A DNA stretch of 64,000 nucleotides, taken from contig NC_088861.1 of the NCBI RefSeq assembly GCF_963853765.1, positions 41,788,001-41,852,000 of the forward strand. The letters run 5' to 3'. Every line of letters begins with the position of its first letter. Position 1 is the first letter of the stretch. Positions 11,904 to 23,618 of this stretch are shown here, piece after piece. This DNA comes from Magallana gigas (lineage: Eukaryota). Position numbers and translations under genes: made by a program. The notes beneath the pieces are model-generated. The model was not told the DNA's origin. It did no database searches and saw only the letters and a list, made by a program, of their open reading frames with translations.

Positions 11904-13311
11904 ATTTAAAAAAAATATATAACAACTTCCGTCTTAGCGTATATAGTGCGTCTTCCGTAAGAAATTCCCAATATCAAATCATCAGGGATATATATTTTTA
12001 ATTACTACTAAAATCCCCAGCGCAGAAAATCAATACAGCTCTCGTCTGTTTCTTATGTTTTATGATTACGTTTCTAGTCGGATACATAAATACCTCAATC
12101 CGGAGGGAATATCACGGATCCACTGAAATGTCGTGTAGTGATTGGACTGTTTACTTTGCTCTATGAACAGGGGTAATTTCGCTATCATATGGAAATTAAA
12201 ATACACAAATCACGGACACCTATATATCTTCTTTTACATCGATTAAGCGAATTAAAATCACAATCCCACCTGTATCATTTAAGCGCTTCACAAAACCTCT
12301 TGGAGGTGAGTGTTTACATTGGAGATAAAACCAGTTGTCGTATCTGATCCTCTGACAAAATAACGGGACGAGCTTCACCAGACGATATGCTTGTTCCCGA
12401 ACTTATGCACCTCGATAGGAAATAAAAATATTATATTTCCTGACACAATTTTCACATTAGGTACAACACGAGAAATGCCCCCTGTCTGCACAGAATCCAA
12501 TTTTGATCATCTGTTTTAGTCCAAAGAAATGATTGAAATTTATATCACTTGGTTTTTCAATAGCAGATCAATTCTCTTAGCGCTATTATGACTTCTGTTT
12601 GCTAGGCACGAGTTCATTATTTCTGTACTCGGTTCGCTCACAGTACCTATATGTATGCACACACTCATAGTTGTATAAACTTTAACCGTGGAACAATAAG
12701 AATTTGACGATTATAGAGCCATACGTCCATGTCTTCAATTCTAAATACTCAATCAATATCTTCATGAAAGAATCCACGAGATCACATCGCAATATCGAAA
12801 AACCAAGGGACAACTTATGTATACACATCGCAATCATAATTCAAAAGAAAGTGTTTAATTTATGAGCGGCTCGGAAGGCTCGGCTATTCAGAATTCATTT
12901 TAAATATTTGAACGTCATTTCATTGCGTTACTGTGCATTGATAGCACTTAATAATGTCGGACAAAGAAAGCGTGGCATTTTTTTCATTGTCAATATTGCC
13001 GACAGAGTAAATCCGTCGATCTAGGACGCAGTTTAAATGAACATTTTTAATCATACAAATGTAATTTAACTTTCAAGGATTGTCTATGTTTCCGATATGA
13101 CGTTTTAAAATTCTATTATCCGATAGAAATTTAATGAAATCTTACATAGATATGATTATCTTTTGAACAGAGATACTATACGCTATTTAAAGGTTGATTA
13201 CAACTCCCAGTATGACTTCAGGGTTATCATAGGTCACATGACTATCACCAATGTTGTGTTTTTTATGTTAAAAAGTTTTCCTTCATAACACAATGTTCAA
13301 TACATTATTAT

Positions 13312-13453
13312 ATAAATAGTGCCTGTTTGGGAGGGTAACAGTTGAAATTGACACCCGAGGAAACCATTGTCAACCGACGCGAAGCGAAGGTTGACAATGG
13401 TTTTCGAGGGGTGTCAATTTCAACTGTTATCCTCCCAAACAGGCACTATTTAT
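13312..13453. repeat. 142-bp near-perfect hairpin, probably part of a non-autonomous DNA element extending to ~13680
   Basis: ATAAATAGTGCCTGTTTGGGAGG...CCTCCCAAACAGGCACTATTTAT; ~65-bp arms around a GACGCGAAGCGAAG-type centre. Confidence 0.85.
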
Positions 13454-13960
13454 TTTATTATACTGAATGTATTAATTTCAGAGAATTTTTATATTGCTTT
13501 TATATAGAAATGATGTGAACTCTACCGCGAACAGTACGCGCATAATTTATGCGCATGTAACAATTCGTTGTGTTACCCATTGCTAAGTGTGTTGCTAACG
13601 CTGAGGGTAATAGAACGGATTATCAACTGCGTCTAAACCAATCAGATTTCAGTATTTAACATGAAAGTATAATAATAGAAAAATGTTTTGGTGGGGAAGG
13701 GGGTTACGTGTTTTTAATGCACAAAACATATACTACTTATTAGTATCAAAGGTTGATCAAGGTGATGCATTATGATATTAAAAAAAAAAGCTCTGAACAC
13801 ACATCAAAGGTGCAGAAAAACAGACGAGGAATTTTTTTTTTTCAAACTGAAAACATACTAAAAAAATATTGTATACTTATGCTACGTATAATTCCTTGCC
13901 AATAGTTAAGATTGATGCTTCTAATATGTAACTATCTGATTTTTTTTAAAATTATGATAA

Positions 13961-14434
13961 TGTTACAGTCTTTGTTTAATGTAATTGACAACAAAGGTTT
14001 CTGTATGGTTCGTTTTATCCAGACACAGTGACTTTTAATTTTGTAATGTATATAAGTGAGATTATAGTGACATATAGCTCGACTTTGATTCAGAAAAAGA
14101 GCAAGGTCTGGTCCAAAATTCAATTCGGTGTCAATATAGATATATAGTCTGCTCTGGTCAATGACCAGACAAAGATTGTCAAACTTGGCGGTAAAACACA
14201 TAAAGCAAAATATAAAAACCAACCAAATTCAAACTGACACAAACAACCAATAAAAACCAAGATCACAAATATCCACTGACCAACTCATGATCAAGCACTG
14301 CCCTAATGGTATATGTACAGGTGTATGCATTAAAAGAAAGGGTGGATCTAACTGTTTTATATGTGTACTGTTTAGATTTATTAATTACAATAACTTTATT
14401 TATTTATTCAATCAACAATCTTCATACTCTTACA
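13961..14434 (-). repeat. 3' LTR (474 bp)
   Basis: Direct repeat of 27689-28208; on the - strand it reads TGTAAGA...TGTAACA. Confidence 0.95.
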
Positions 14435-14444
14435 CTCTCCCCCC
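14435..14444 (-). promoter_or_regulatory. Polypurine tract
   Basis: GGGGGGAGAG on the - strand directly before the 3' LTR. Confidence 0.9.
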
Positions 14445-14465
14445 GGTCGCAGAATGACTTCCACG

Positions 14466-17280
14466 TCATTCATCTGGAAAGCTGCATATATCTGAAAAGT
14501 AACATGGCATGAAATACATATATTTACAATTTAAAATATCATGTGTTAGAACATTTAGAAGCAGACACAATGTTAGTAAAGCCATCTGGCATCTACTTTG
14601 GTCAATGTATCGTAGTGAACCATCATTCATCAACCCTTTCATAAATACTGCTCTTTGTAGCCAATCTGGTTGTTTTTGGTTCATCATGACAAACTTCTTT
14701 GTCCATGCTGGCATTTTTCTTTGTCTGGTAGATCTTCTTGGGGCTGGAGTAGGTGTATCGTCATTTTCTCTAGAAGGCATTTCATCTTCAGAATCATCAG
14801 ATTCATTGATGTCATCATCAGTACTGTCAACATAATCATGGATGATATCATCATCATCATCATCATCTTTGATGATCTCTTCAGGTTGGTTCTCATGCTC
14901 TCTATACTGATGGGAAGCGTCCTTCCCTGTACCAGCTGCTGAAGCTTCCTCAGTTGTAGATTGATCGTCATCATCTAAACTGGGGGTAACTTTGGAATTT
15001 TCATTTCTAAATGCAGAGTTATCTACATAAGAAAATTCACTGTCAGTAATAATGCTTACTGGTTCTGCCTTCCTTCTCTTTCTAGGAATAACTGGAGGAG
15101 GAGAAGTACTTCTTAGAAGCTTTGTTCCGATAGGTAGAAGCAAATTTCTATGAAGAACTCTAGTTCTTCCTTCTCCATCCTCACGTCTGACTTAATAAAC
15201 AGGAATCTCATCATTTGCTTTCGCTAAAATGACATAAATATCATCTTCCCATTTGTCAGCAATTTTATGTTTGCCGTTGTATACCACTTTCTTGACGAGA
15301 ACTCTGTCACCTTCCTCTAAAGTGATGGCTCTTGCTTTTATGTCATAACGGCATTTCTGCTTCTGCTGAGAAGATTTTATTGCTGTCTGTGCCTGTCTGT
15401 AAGCATCTTGCAGTCTTTGCTTCAGCTCGGATATGTACTTAGTTGTACACTTATCCTCAGAATGGCTGCTGGAAAATCCAAAGACCACATCTACTAGCAA
15501 AACTGGTTCTCTTCCAAACATTAGAAAGAATGGTGTGAACCCAGTTGTATCATGTCTTGTAGAGATATATGCGTGAACCAGTGTGTTAATATGCTTTTTC
15601 CAATTAGCTTTCTGAGCGTTATCTAATGTTCCTAGCATTGATAGTAATGTCCTATTGAATCGCTCTGTAATACCATTACCCATAGGGTGATATGGTGTTG
15701 TCCTGCATATAGAGATGCCAAATATGGAGCATAATTCCTTAATGATGTTGCTGCAAAAATTGGTCCCTTGGTCCGAATGAAGTTTAGCTGGAATCCCGTA
15801 ATGAACAATAAAATGGTTATAAATAGCTTCTGCTGTTGTTTTGGCTGTTTGGTTCTTGGTTGGCACGGCAATTGAATATCGAGTTAAATGATCAGTTATG
15901 ACTAAAATGTTTTATATTCCTCCTTTCGATGGTTCAAGAGTGAGATAGTCCATGCATATATGCTCTAGGGGCTGTGATGTTCTGATGTTGACCAATTCTG
16001 CTCTCTCATTGCTGGTCTTGCTCTTAATGCATCTTTCGCAGGAGTTGATCGAATCAGAAACATCACGCTGTATCTTTGGCCAGTAAAATCTTTGCCTAAT
16101 TAAGGAGAGAGTCTTATCTCGCCCTAAATGACCCATCTTGTTATGCAAGTATTCCAAAACAGTGGGGTACACTGATGCAGGAATTACATATTGCTGATGA
16201 GAATTGTCATCTACTTTGACTTCTCTGAGTAAAATACCATCTCTTACTCTTAATTTGGCGTAGTTCCTATGGTAAACAAAATCATCTTCAGTAATGAGTG
16301 TCTCTCGTTTGGGTCTAATACATTCCTGTATCTTGATTTTTCCAAAAACTAACTGTAGGATCTGTGTTTTTTGATTTCCATGATATCCAAATACTTTCCA
16401 ATATCTGTACAAGGTTGTACTTGGTTACAAATAGCATCATCTTTAGCAAGCTGGGAAATTGCCTTAATGGTGTCACTAGATACTGTTTCCACGTCCTTTA
16501 ATCTGGATAATCTATCTGCATCTATATTTGTTTTCCCTGGTTTGTAGATAATCTTGAAATTAAATGAAGCTAATGCTGAAATCCATCGATGACCATGGTC
16601 AGTTGCATCCAATTTTGCTGAAGTTAAAACATAGGTAAGGGGATTATTGTCGGTGTATACTACAAATTCTTTACCTTGAAGGTAATCAGAAAATTTTTCT
16701 GTGACAGCCCATTTAAGTGCCAAAAATTCCAGTTTGTGAGTAGGATAATTCTTTTCAGATTTACTCAGTCCTCGACTAGCATATGCTATAACTCTACCCA
16801 TTCCATCCTGCTCCTGATATAGCACTGCACCTAGTCCTGTCTGGCATGCATCGGTATGGAGCTTAAAAGGTTTGTCGAAGTCTGTGTAACCTAGGACGGG
16901 TGGTGATGTAAGTTTCTGCTTAATGAGGTCAAATGATGTTTGCTGTTCCTTCTCCCACCTCCACTTTGGATCCACTTTCTTACTTCTTGATTTTTTTCCT
17001 GTGGCCATGATATCTGATAAAGGTCTAGCAATTTTAGAGAAATCATGAATAAATTTTCTATAGTATCCTGCAAACCCTAAAAATTGTCTTACCTCTTCAG
17101 GATTCTGTGGAATAGGCCAGTTTTTAACTTTAGCAAGTTTATCAGGGTCTGGCTCAACCCCATGCTCGGACACAAAGTGTCCTACATATTTAACCTTCTT
17201 CATAAGTAAGGAACACTTTTTGGGAGAAAGTTTAAGCCCATATTCTCTAATTCTCTGGATAACTTGCTGAAGGCGATTAA
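14466..17280 (-). pseudogene. pol: Gypsy pol, 3' part (RT C-terminus, RNase H, integrase, acidic tail)
   Basis: LKLSPKKC and FLGFAGYYRKF (RT); HTDACQTGLGAVL, EFLALKWA and VYTDNNPL (RNase H); HNKMGHLG...CERC (IN zinc finger); CMDYL, LHSDQG and ERFNRTL (IN DDE); RRSTRQRKMPAW tail. Frameshifts and a premature TAA at 15192. Confidence 0.95.
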
Positions 17281-17733
17281 GGTACTTCACTACACCAAAA
17301 TTTTATTTCATTTTTCATTACAGTACCAATAGTTAGACAGATATCAAATATCCATGTGATGATAGTAATATCTTAAGTATTTTAAAATAATTTCTTAATG
17401 TTTTTAGTGATTTTCATTTTAAAAAATATTTCCAGTACATAGTCAATAAAATAGAAGAAGTAATTGTTTCAAAAGATAGATCATTTCCTAAGACACTTTA
17501 AAAAAAATACAACACCTCATATCATTTAAATATGTTTTTATTAAAATTATTTGTGTTTTTCCTAAAAACAACCAGTGTTCGTATCTATTTAATCTGTGAA
17601 TGAATAATTTAGAAATTTTGTTAAAAATAGTAATGAAGTGTAACAAAATGAATACAATATAAATCAAAGTACTGAAGTACTGAAAGCCGGGCTCTTTTGG
17701 TGTGTCTTTGTGCATATTGTGTAGTAAAGACTG

Positions 17734-17737
<4 letters not shown>

Positions 17738-17779
<42 letters not shown>
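17738..17779. repeat. (TC)n microsatellite inside the nested transposon
   Basis: Perfect run. Confidence 0.97.
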
Positions 17780-17781
<2 letters not shown>

Positions 17782-18481
17782 GCTTTTAATGTCGGCAAAG
17801 CATCAGAGAGCGACCAAATTTTGTAAGCGGCTATAAACAAAAAATATGTCTGTCTAGTAGAAGTTAAAAAGTTCAACAGTTGCTGCCTTGAATTTTGCAA
17901 CAAGCATTATATATTCAATCCCCGTTTCTTCATCGCGCAGCAAAGTAGTTCATGGAAATTCATGCGCATTGTATGTGTCCAAAATGCATAGTAGTAATGT
18001 TTTAAAAACACGTTATTAATAAGAAAACTAAGAAAGATAGACAATTCATTCCGAATTTAAAGAAAAGAAACAAAATGCCAACACTTTTGACAAAACTTGG
18101 CTCTTTGTGTAACTATTTGGTATAGCGGAAGCTTTACCTTGACGCTGTTTGGTTTTTTGTTTACTTGTGCTATTTATAGTAACATTGGCGATTTGCCTGC
18201 TTTCAGCAGAGCCCGGCTAAAAATTGAATGAAAAATGTTACAAATAATTGAAATAATTTTCCAAAAAATAATATGGTATGCAAGATCCACTTGTAAGAGT
18301 TATCTTTCCTAATTCTACGGACTGAATCACCATGGGACTTTTTCATGTCTAAAACATACTAATTTCAATACTTTGTTTGAAATGATGTAAATTTGCTGCA
18401 TTTTTTGTTTAATTATTAGAATATAAATCAAAAGTATATGACTGAAAATTACTGGTAATTGAATTTAGAAATTAAACCTTT

Positions 18482-18622
18482 NNNNNNNNNNNNNNNNNNN
18501 NNNNNNNNNNNNNNNNNNNNNNNNNNNNNNNNNNNNNNNNNNNNNNNNNNNNNNNNNNNNNNNNNNNNNNNNNNNNNNNNNNNNNNNNNNNNNNNNNNNN
18601 NNNNNNNNNNNNNNNNNNNNNN
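18482..18622. other. Assembly gap (N run)
   Basis: 141 Ns. Confidence 1.
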
Positions 18623-19189
18623 AATTTACTAACATATTTCAGCAAGTACTCTTTGCAAACTATTGAACAGTGAAGGATCAATAATATGAGCTAATAAATT
18701 ATTAAAGAAAATTTTATTCTAAAAAAAAAAACTCACATAAATTTACACACAAATGCATGCAATGGACAATACAACAGAAAAAAAAGGACAATACAAAAGA
18801 AAAACAGGAATTATAATAATACTTACATTCTGTATAAAGTGCCGACGATGTTCTGATATATATTTTATATTTAAAAAACTTGCATGCAACTACATGTACT
18901 ACAGACACAGACACAAAGAACACAAACAGTACACCACACATAATACTTACATGATGAACATCAAGTTGATACGCTATGGAAACACAAGCTTTTCAAACCA
19001 ACATGATCGACATACTTACAAATAGTGTGTTTTTCCTCAATGATGTCACTAAACATGTTAAAATCTGCAATTGTATAATACATCTAAAAATTTATGGAAC
19101 AAATTAAAAAATATGTATACATTAATAAATTCTACATATATTATTAAAATCAATGTTCAGAACAAGCCTTAACTATCAAAATAAGTTTA

Positions 19190-21611
19190 GCAAAAGTGAT
19201 CATAAATTTTTCCAACTAGTTTTGTTTTTTGTTACCCTAACATTGCCCTGCTCAGTCTTTTCTCCTAAAACCATCTTTAAACCATCAGCACCACCCCTTT
19301 CAATAGCAAGTCTAAGATGGTCATAAGACAGTCCAGACAAGGCAATTTTTTAAGCATGTAGGGAGATATGCATGAAGAGAGGGGAGCTAGTGTAGCAATC
19401 AATTCATTAGTTTAACTCTTGCTCTCAATGGAAGAAATAATAAAGTCTACACCAAAACTGTGCTTCAGCATAATTTCATATGAAACTTTATGATGTATAA
19501 CCAAATATTGTAAGGCCTTAACATCCTCCAATGCTGAATGGGCATTGAAAGCCAGTCCCATAGTATCTTGTACCAGTGTCTGTAGTTTATAGGAGTGTTG
19601 TTCTGGCAATATTTCTCTAAATACATGAAGACTGTCAACAAATCCAGCTATTGTTGATTTTAGTCCACTCTCTGGATACTGCATAACAGATCTCATTAGA
19701 ATTACAGAATCAAATACCTTTCCGTTATGACAAACTAGGATAGGATTTGGAAAAATGTTCAGCCATATATTAAACTCTGTCAAACAAGTCTGAATGTCAA
19801 CTGAGTTCACTTTTGTTTGTTGGTAAAACAATTGTCCACTGGCAACATGGAGACCTGTAACTGCAGTTGCTTTGGCAGAAATGGGGGATTTGGGAAGAAC
19901 ATACCTATTAAAGGTTTCTTCTTCAAATATGCGAGCAAGCTGTGTTATTTCTGCTGATGTATCTATGAAATAAATTAATTACAATGTAGTATACGAGCTA
20001 TGCTTCCTTGAATTAAATTTTAACAATAAATAATGTATAAAAAGCAATGTTACTTAAAGCAAACTGTTCACAGGTGCTGATAAAATTTTGTTTTACTGTA
20101 AGTGCCCAATAACAATAAAATACATGTATTATTTTAATGCAATGAACATATAATAAGAAGTAAAATATGTCTGCATGATTCATTCATGAAATGTCATTTC
20201 CAGTGTTAGAACAAATGATTGTTCAAACCTAGTCCAGTTGTTTCCAAGTCAAAATAAAGAAGGTTTGAGTCTGTATGGGTAGGCACTGAAACAGGTTTGG
20301 AAGCAGGGGTGCAATCTGGGATTTCTTCTATTACATCATCAGCACAAGACATTCCAACACCTGATTCATAGGTTGTTCCTTCTTTTATTTCTGAAGTTGA
20401 TATCTATTGATAAAATTTTACAATGTGAGTTAATTTGACATTGCTAATGGATCGTTTGAAATATAACAATGTTAATTGATTGTAAAAAGAAATTAAATCT
20501 TTACACTTAAACAAGAAAAAATAAGAACAATTCAACTTACATGGCTTGATTTCAATTTCTTTAGTTCATGTCTTCGTCTCTTGCACTCAACAGTGCTTTG
20601 TCGCAATTTTTCTTTTTCTCTCTTTCGAGAAACCCTCCTTTCATGTACATTTGTGTGCATCCTGGGCGAGAGCTTCAAAGTATCGTAAACCTGATGAAAA
20701 ATAAAATTAAATATACAGAGAGCAATAATTACATTTCATATACATATTACATGCATACATTTCTTATTTTGTAACTAGCTGTTATAATGATATATACAAA
20801 AGTAATTATTCTATGTAACATCTGATATACCTTTCCAATTGTCAGATGTCCAATATTCTTATGTGCAACAGCAGCTGCTACTCTAAAGGATGTGCTCTCA
20901 GATCCACTGTAATATAATACTTTGGGATTTTTGCAGGCCACTATTTTGTTGAAGTTTTCATTTGCCTGAGTGCTTCCAATATTGGAAAGTTTACTTGCAT
21001 TTTTAGCTAAATCACTGAACAGATGCTGTAATTTTTGAGTAAATCCACTACAGAAAGATATTTTCCATATGGTAAATTTATGGGTTTCTAATTGTCTGGG
21101 TTCTGTAGATATTTACACCACTTTTTTCACATTTCTTGTGGTTTCCAAATACATGGAGAGGAATAGAGTCTAAATTTCTCTTTAAAGTGTCTGTGTCTTT
21201 GTTGGATTTCACAGCATATGAAAAAACATTTTAGTAAATGTTGAATGGATTTTGGACCTAGAAGAGGATACTTTTTCTCCTTCTTGATGTCATAGAGTTT
21301 ACTTGCCAGATTTTTTTTTGTAGGATTAAAATCCGAAATTTTTTGAATATTTGGATCAAAAGACATTTTTGCCTTGGCTAAGGTTGTTGAGTCATTATCC
21401 ATTATAAGATGTTTTACATGGAGGTCACGTGCTTTTAAGTCAGGCAACATTTCTAAAGCCATATCTGGTTCCATTGCCTTTGAGGATTTTTCCTAATTTC
21501 TTCTACAATCATGTTTATTCACTTCTGCTGATACTGGTGCTTTATCACAAAATCTGTATTTTAAAGAAATCAATTTATCAGTACATGTTTTTATCTGATT
21601 ACATCTAAATT

Positions 21612-21660
<49 letters not shown>

Positions 21661-23390
21661 AGGGGTGAGAAGAGAAGAGAGCACACTAAAAGCCCTACCT
21701 GCATTTCTTGCACCGAACAGCATATGAAAGAATTTTTCCTGTCTTCTCTCCATACTCGCATGCCCTGAAAAAGCAACAACACTTTGTCTTATTGCTATAT
21801 TTCAATACCAGTAAGTCCAACAGTATACATATACATGTATTTCCTACTTACAAGACTGTTTATTATCTCCCCTTAAGGGAACTACTTTGTTTTAAATACA
21901 AAAACTGCTATACTGTTAGGTTTTATGTAGCATTGGGATGCTTGAATAATTATGCAAAATATAAAAAATGAATGATGGATGTTACCTGACAAACTTGCAT
22001 AGTTTCGACCGCTACCTCTGGTCTGCCGTCCAGCATCAAAGGACACGGAAAAATTTTCGGCATCTTGTGATCTATGTTGAAATTTGTATCAATTTATAAA
22101 TAATCTTTAACCTATTAAGTCACTGAGAAAATATCATATGTTGAAATAAATCAGTAAAAAAAACATTTCTACTGAACCTTTTTTTCTCCTCGGCAAGGGC
22201 TTCATTACAAGTCTCATTTGCAACAGCTTCAAAAATACTGTCAACCTCCCTCTCTCGTCTCTTAAAAGTTACAGAAGTTACAGTGGGAATATTCAATGCA
22301 GCAAGGAAATTGTTAACGGTCATTTCTCCAAGTCCACAAAATACCACAGCTGCAATGAAAATAAAAAAAAAATTCAAGATTTGATATTAGAAATCCATTA
22401 TTATTTTCTTTCATGTTTTATAATTTAACAATTATCTATCAATCAATAGAGTTAATATAATACCTGCATCCAATTTTGTATTAATATCCCAGGTATTTTG
22501 ACCATGTCTCTTGCCAGTAGGTACATTATTAATTTCATTGCAATTATTGCAATGAATTTTGAGGAGGCTGCCTATAATAAAAGAAATGTTCAACAACTTG
22601 TGTATTTTGAAACTGTAAGTTATCTACCCTCTATTATAATTTAAAAGATTGATATATTTTAAATTAAATGATATATTGTCATCTATTCAGATAATTATGA
22701 ATAGGAGGAAAACTAATTAATGTCTTAGATACCTAGGCCATATCTGGTTTCTCCAACACAGGAGGAAAGTTTTAGCTCTGTAGAGCAATTACTGCAGCCT
22801 TCATCTAATTTTGCAGCCAAAACACTCAACTCTACAATCCTGCGACCTCCAAGAGCCCCCTCCTCTTCTTCCTTATCCTCATCTTTTTCGCTTTCAAACT
22901 CTGATTGACATGCATCATAGTTGTCATCAAAGCAATCATCTGCTATGATATAAATCAATATTCAGACAGATCGAATTTCAGTTGGCCATTTAATTGATTT
23001 TTGTCTATCATAATACTCAGTAATTGCAAAAATCATGGTGCATTCAAATGTAGTTAATTTACCTGGTGACAAAGACTGGTTATGTTCTTGTTGACCATCT
23101 ATATCATCATGTAGTTCCAAGTATTTACGTTTTAGACCTAGATAGAATTTTAGCAAAATGTAAATTTCATGGTTTTCTCTGAATGTATCAAATGTTATAA
23201 TAAACTAATGCAATGTTCTTTGTGCCTATAATTATTTAAAATTTCAAACTTATTTTATATACACATCATACCTCTGCTATAGCAATGTTCTTTACTTATA
23301 TTCTCAAGCTGTCCATCCGTAATGTCACCTAAATTTAGTAAACACACATTTCTGTTTGCCGACTCCGTGGGCGTGTCCATATTTCATTGC
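19190..23390 (-). pseudogene. Multi-exon DDE transposase fused to a C-terminal DEDDh 3'-5' exonuclease and a PML-C-like helical tail
   Basis: Exons joined at GT-AG give GRRIVEL..C..C, VSFDAG(W>R)QTRGSG (D1), KTGKILSYAVRCKKC, HDCRRN*..SSKAMEPD, LIMDNDSTT (D2), GSTQANENFN (E), EGTTYESG, then YFDLETTGL / HNGKVFD / HSALED. Contains several stops and frameshifts. Confidence 0.85.
21614..21655. repeat. (GA)n microsatellite in a transposase intron
   Basis: Perfect run lying between the GTAGGG donor and the next acceptor on the - strand. Confidence 0.95.
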
Positions 23391-23618
23391 CGTCTTGTTG
23401 CTCTCAATGTAACTTAGTTCTTTTTTTTTCGTATTCAATATCTCCCTTTCAAAAACGTTTTAAAGATTAAGATCTCTTTCAATAGATTTCTTCCTCTTTT
23501 TTAAAAGAGCTGTACCTATACAATTCGTCCCCGACAAAAACAACCGTTCCCGGAAATACGTTCTACGAAGTGTATTTTTTGTGTACTGCGTCATCAAAAA
23601 CTGATGTAGTGCAAGACC

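Larger units (their letters stand above)
17281..23618 (-). mobile_element. Kolobok-like DNA transposon (6338 bp including an N gap) nested in the Gypsy RT
   Basis: TTAA duplicated at 17277-17280 and 23619-23622. GG...CC ends with imperfect TIRs (GGTACTTCACTACACC vs GGTCTTGCACTACATC, 12/16). Removing it restores the RT codons GAA CAT CTT AAT CGC (EHLNR). The superfamily is inferred from the TTAA TSD and purine termini. Confidence 0.85.

Noticed and set aside
11191-11922. Overlapping + strand ORFs of 138, 101 and 72 aa; likewise the antisense ORFs over the TRIM, Zator and 61-kb genes
   Set aside because: Shadow frames opposite real coding sequence, with no independent features.
14466-14600. 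Hydrophobic tail after the integrase as a possible env/transmembrane segment
   Set aside because: Short, probably read-through after a frameshift near the true pol stop, and there is no room for an env ORF before the PPT.
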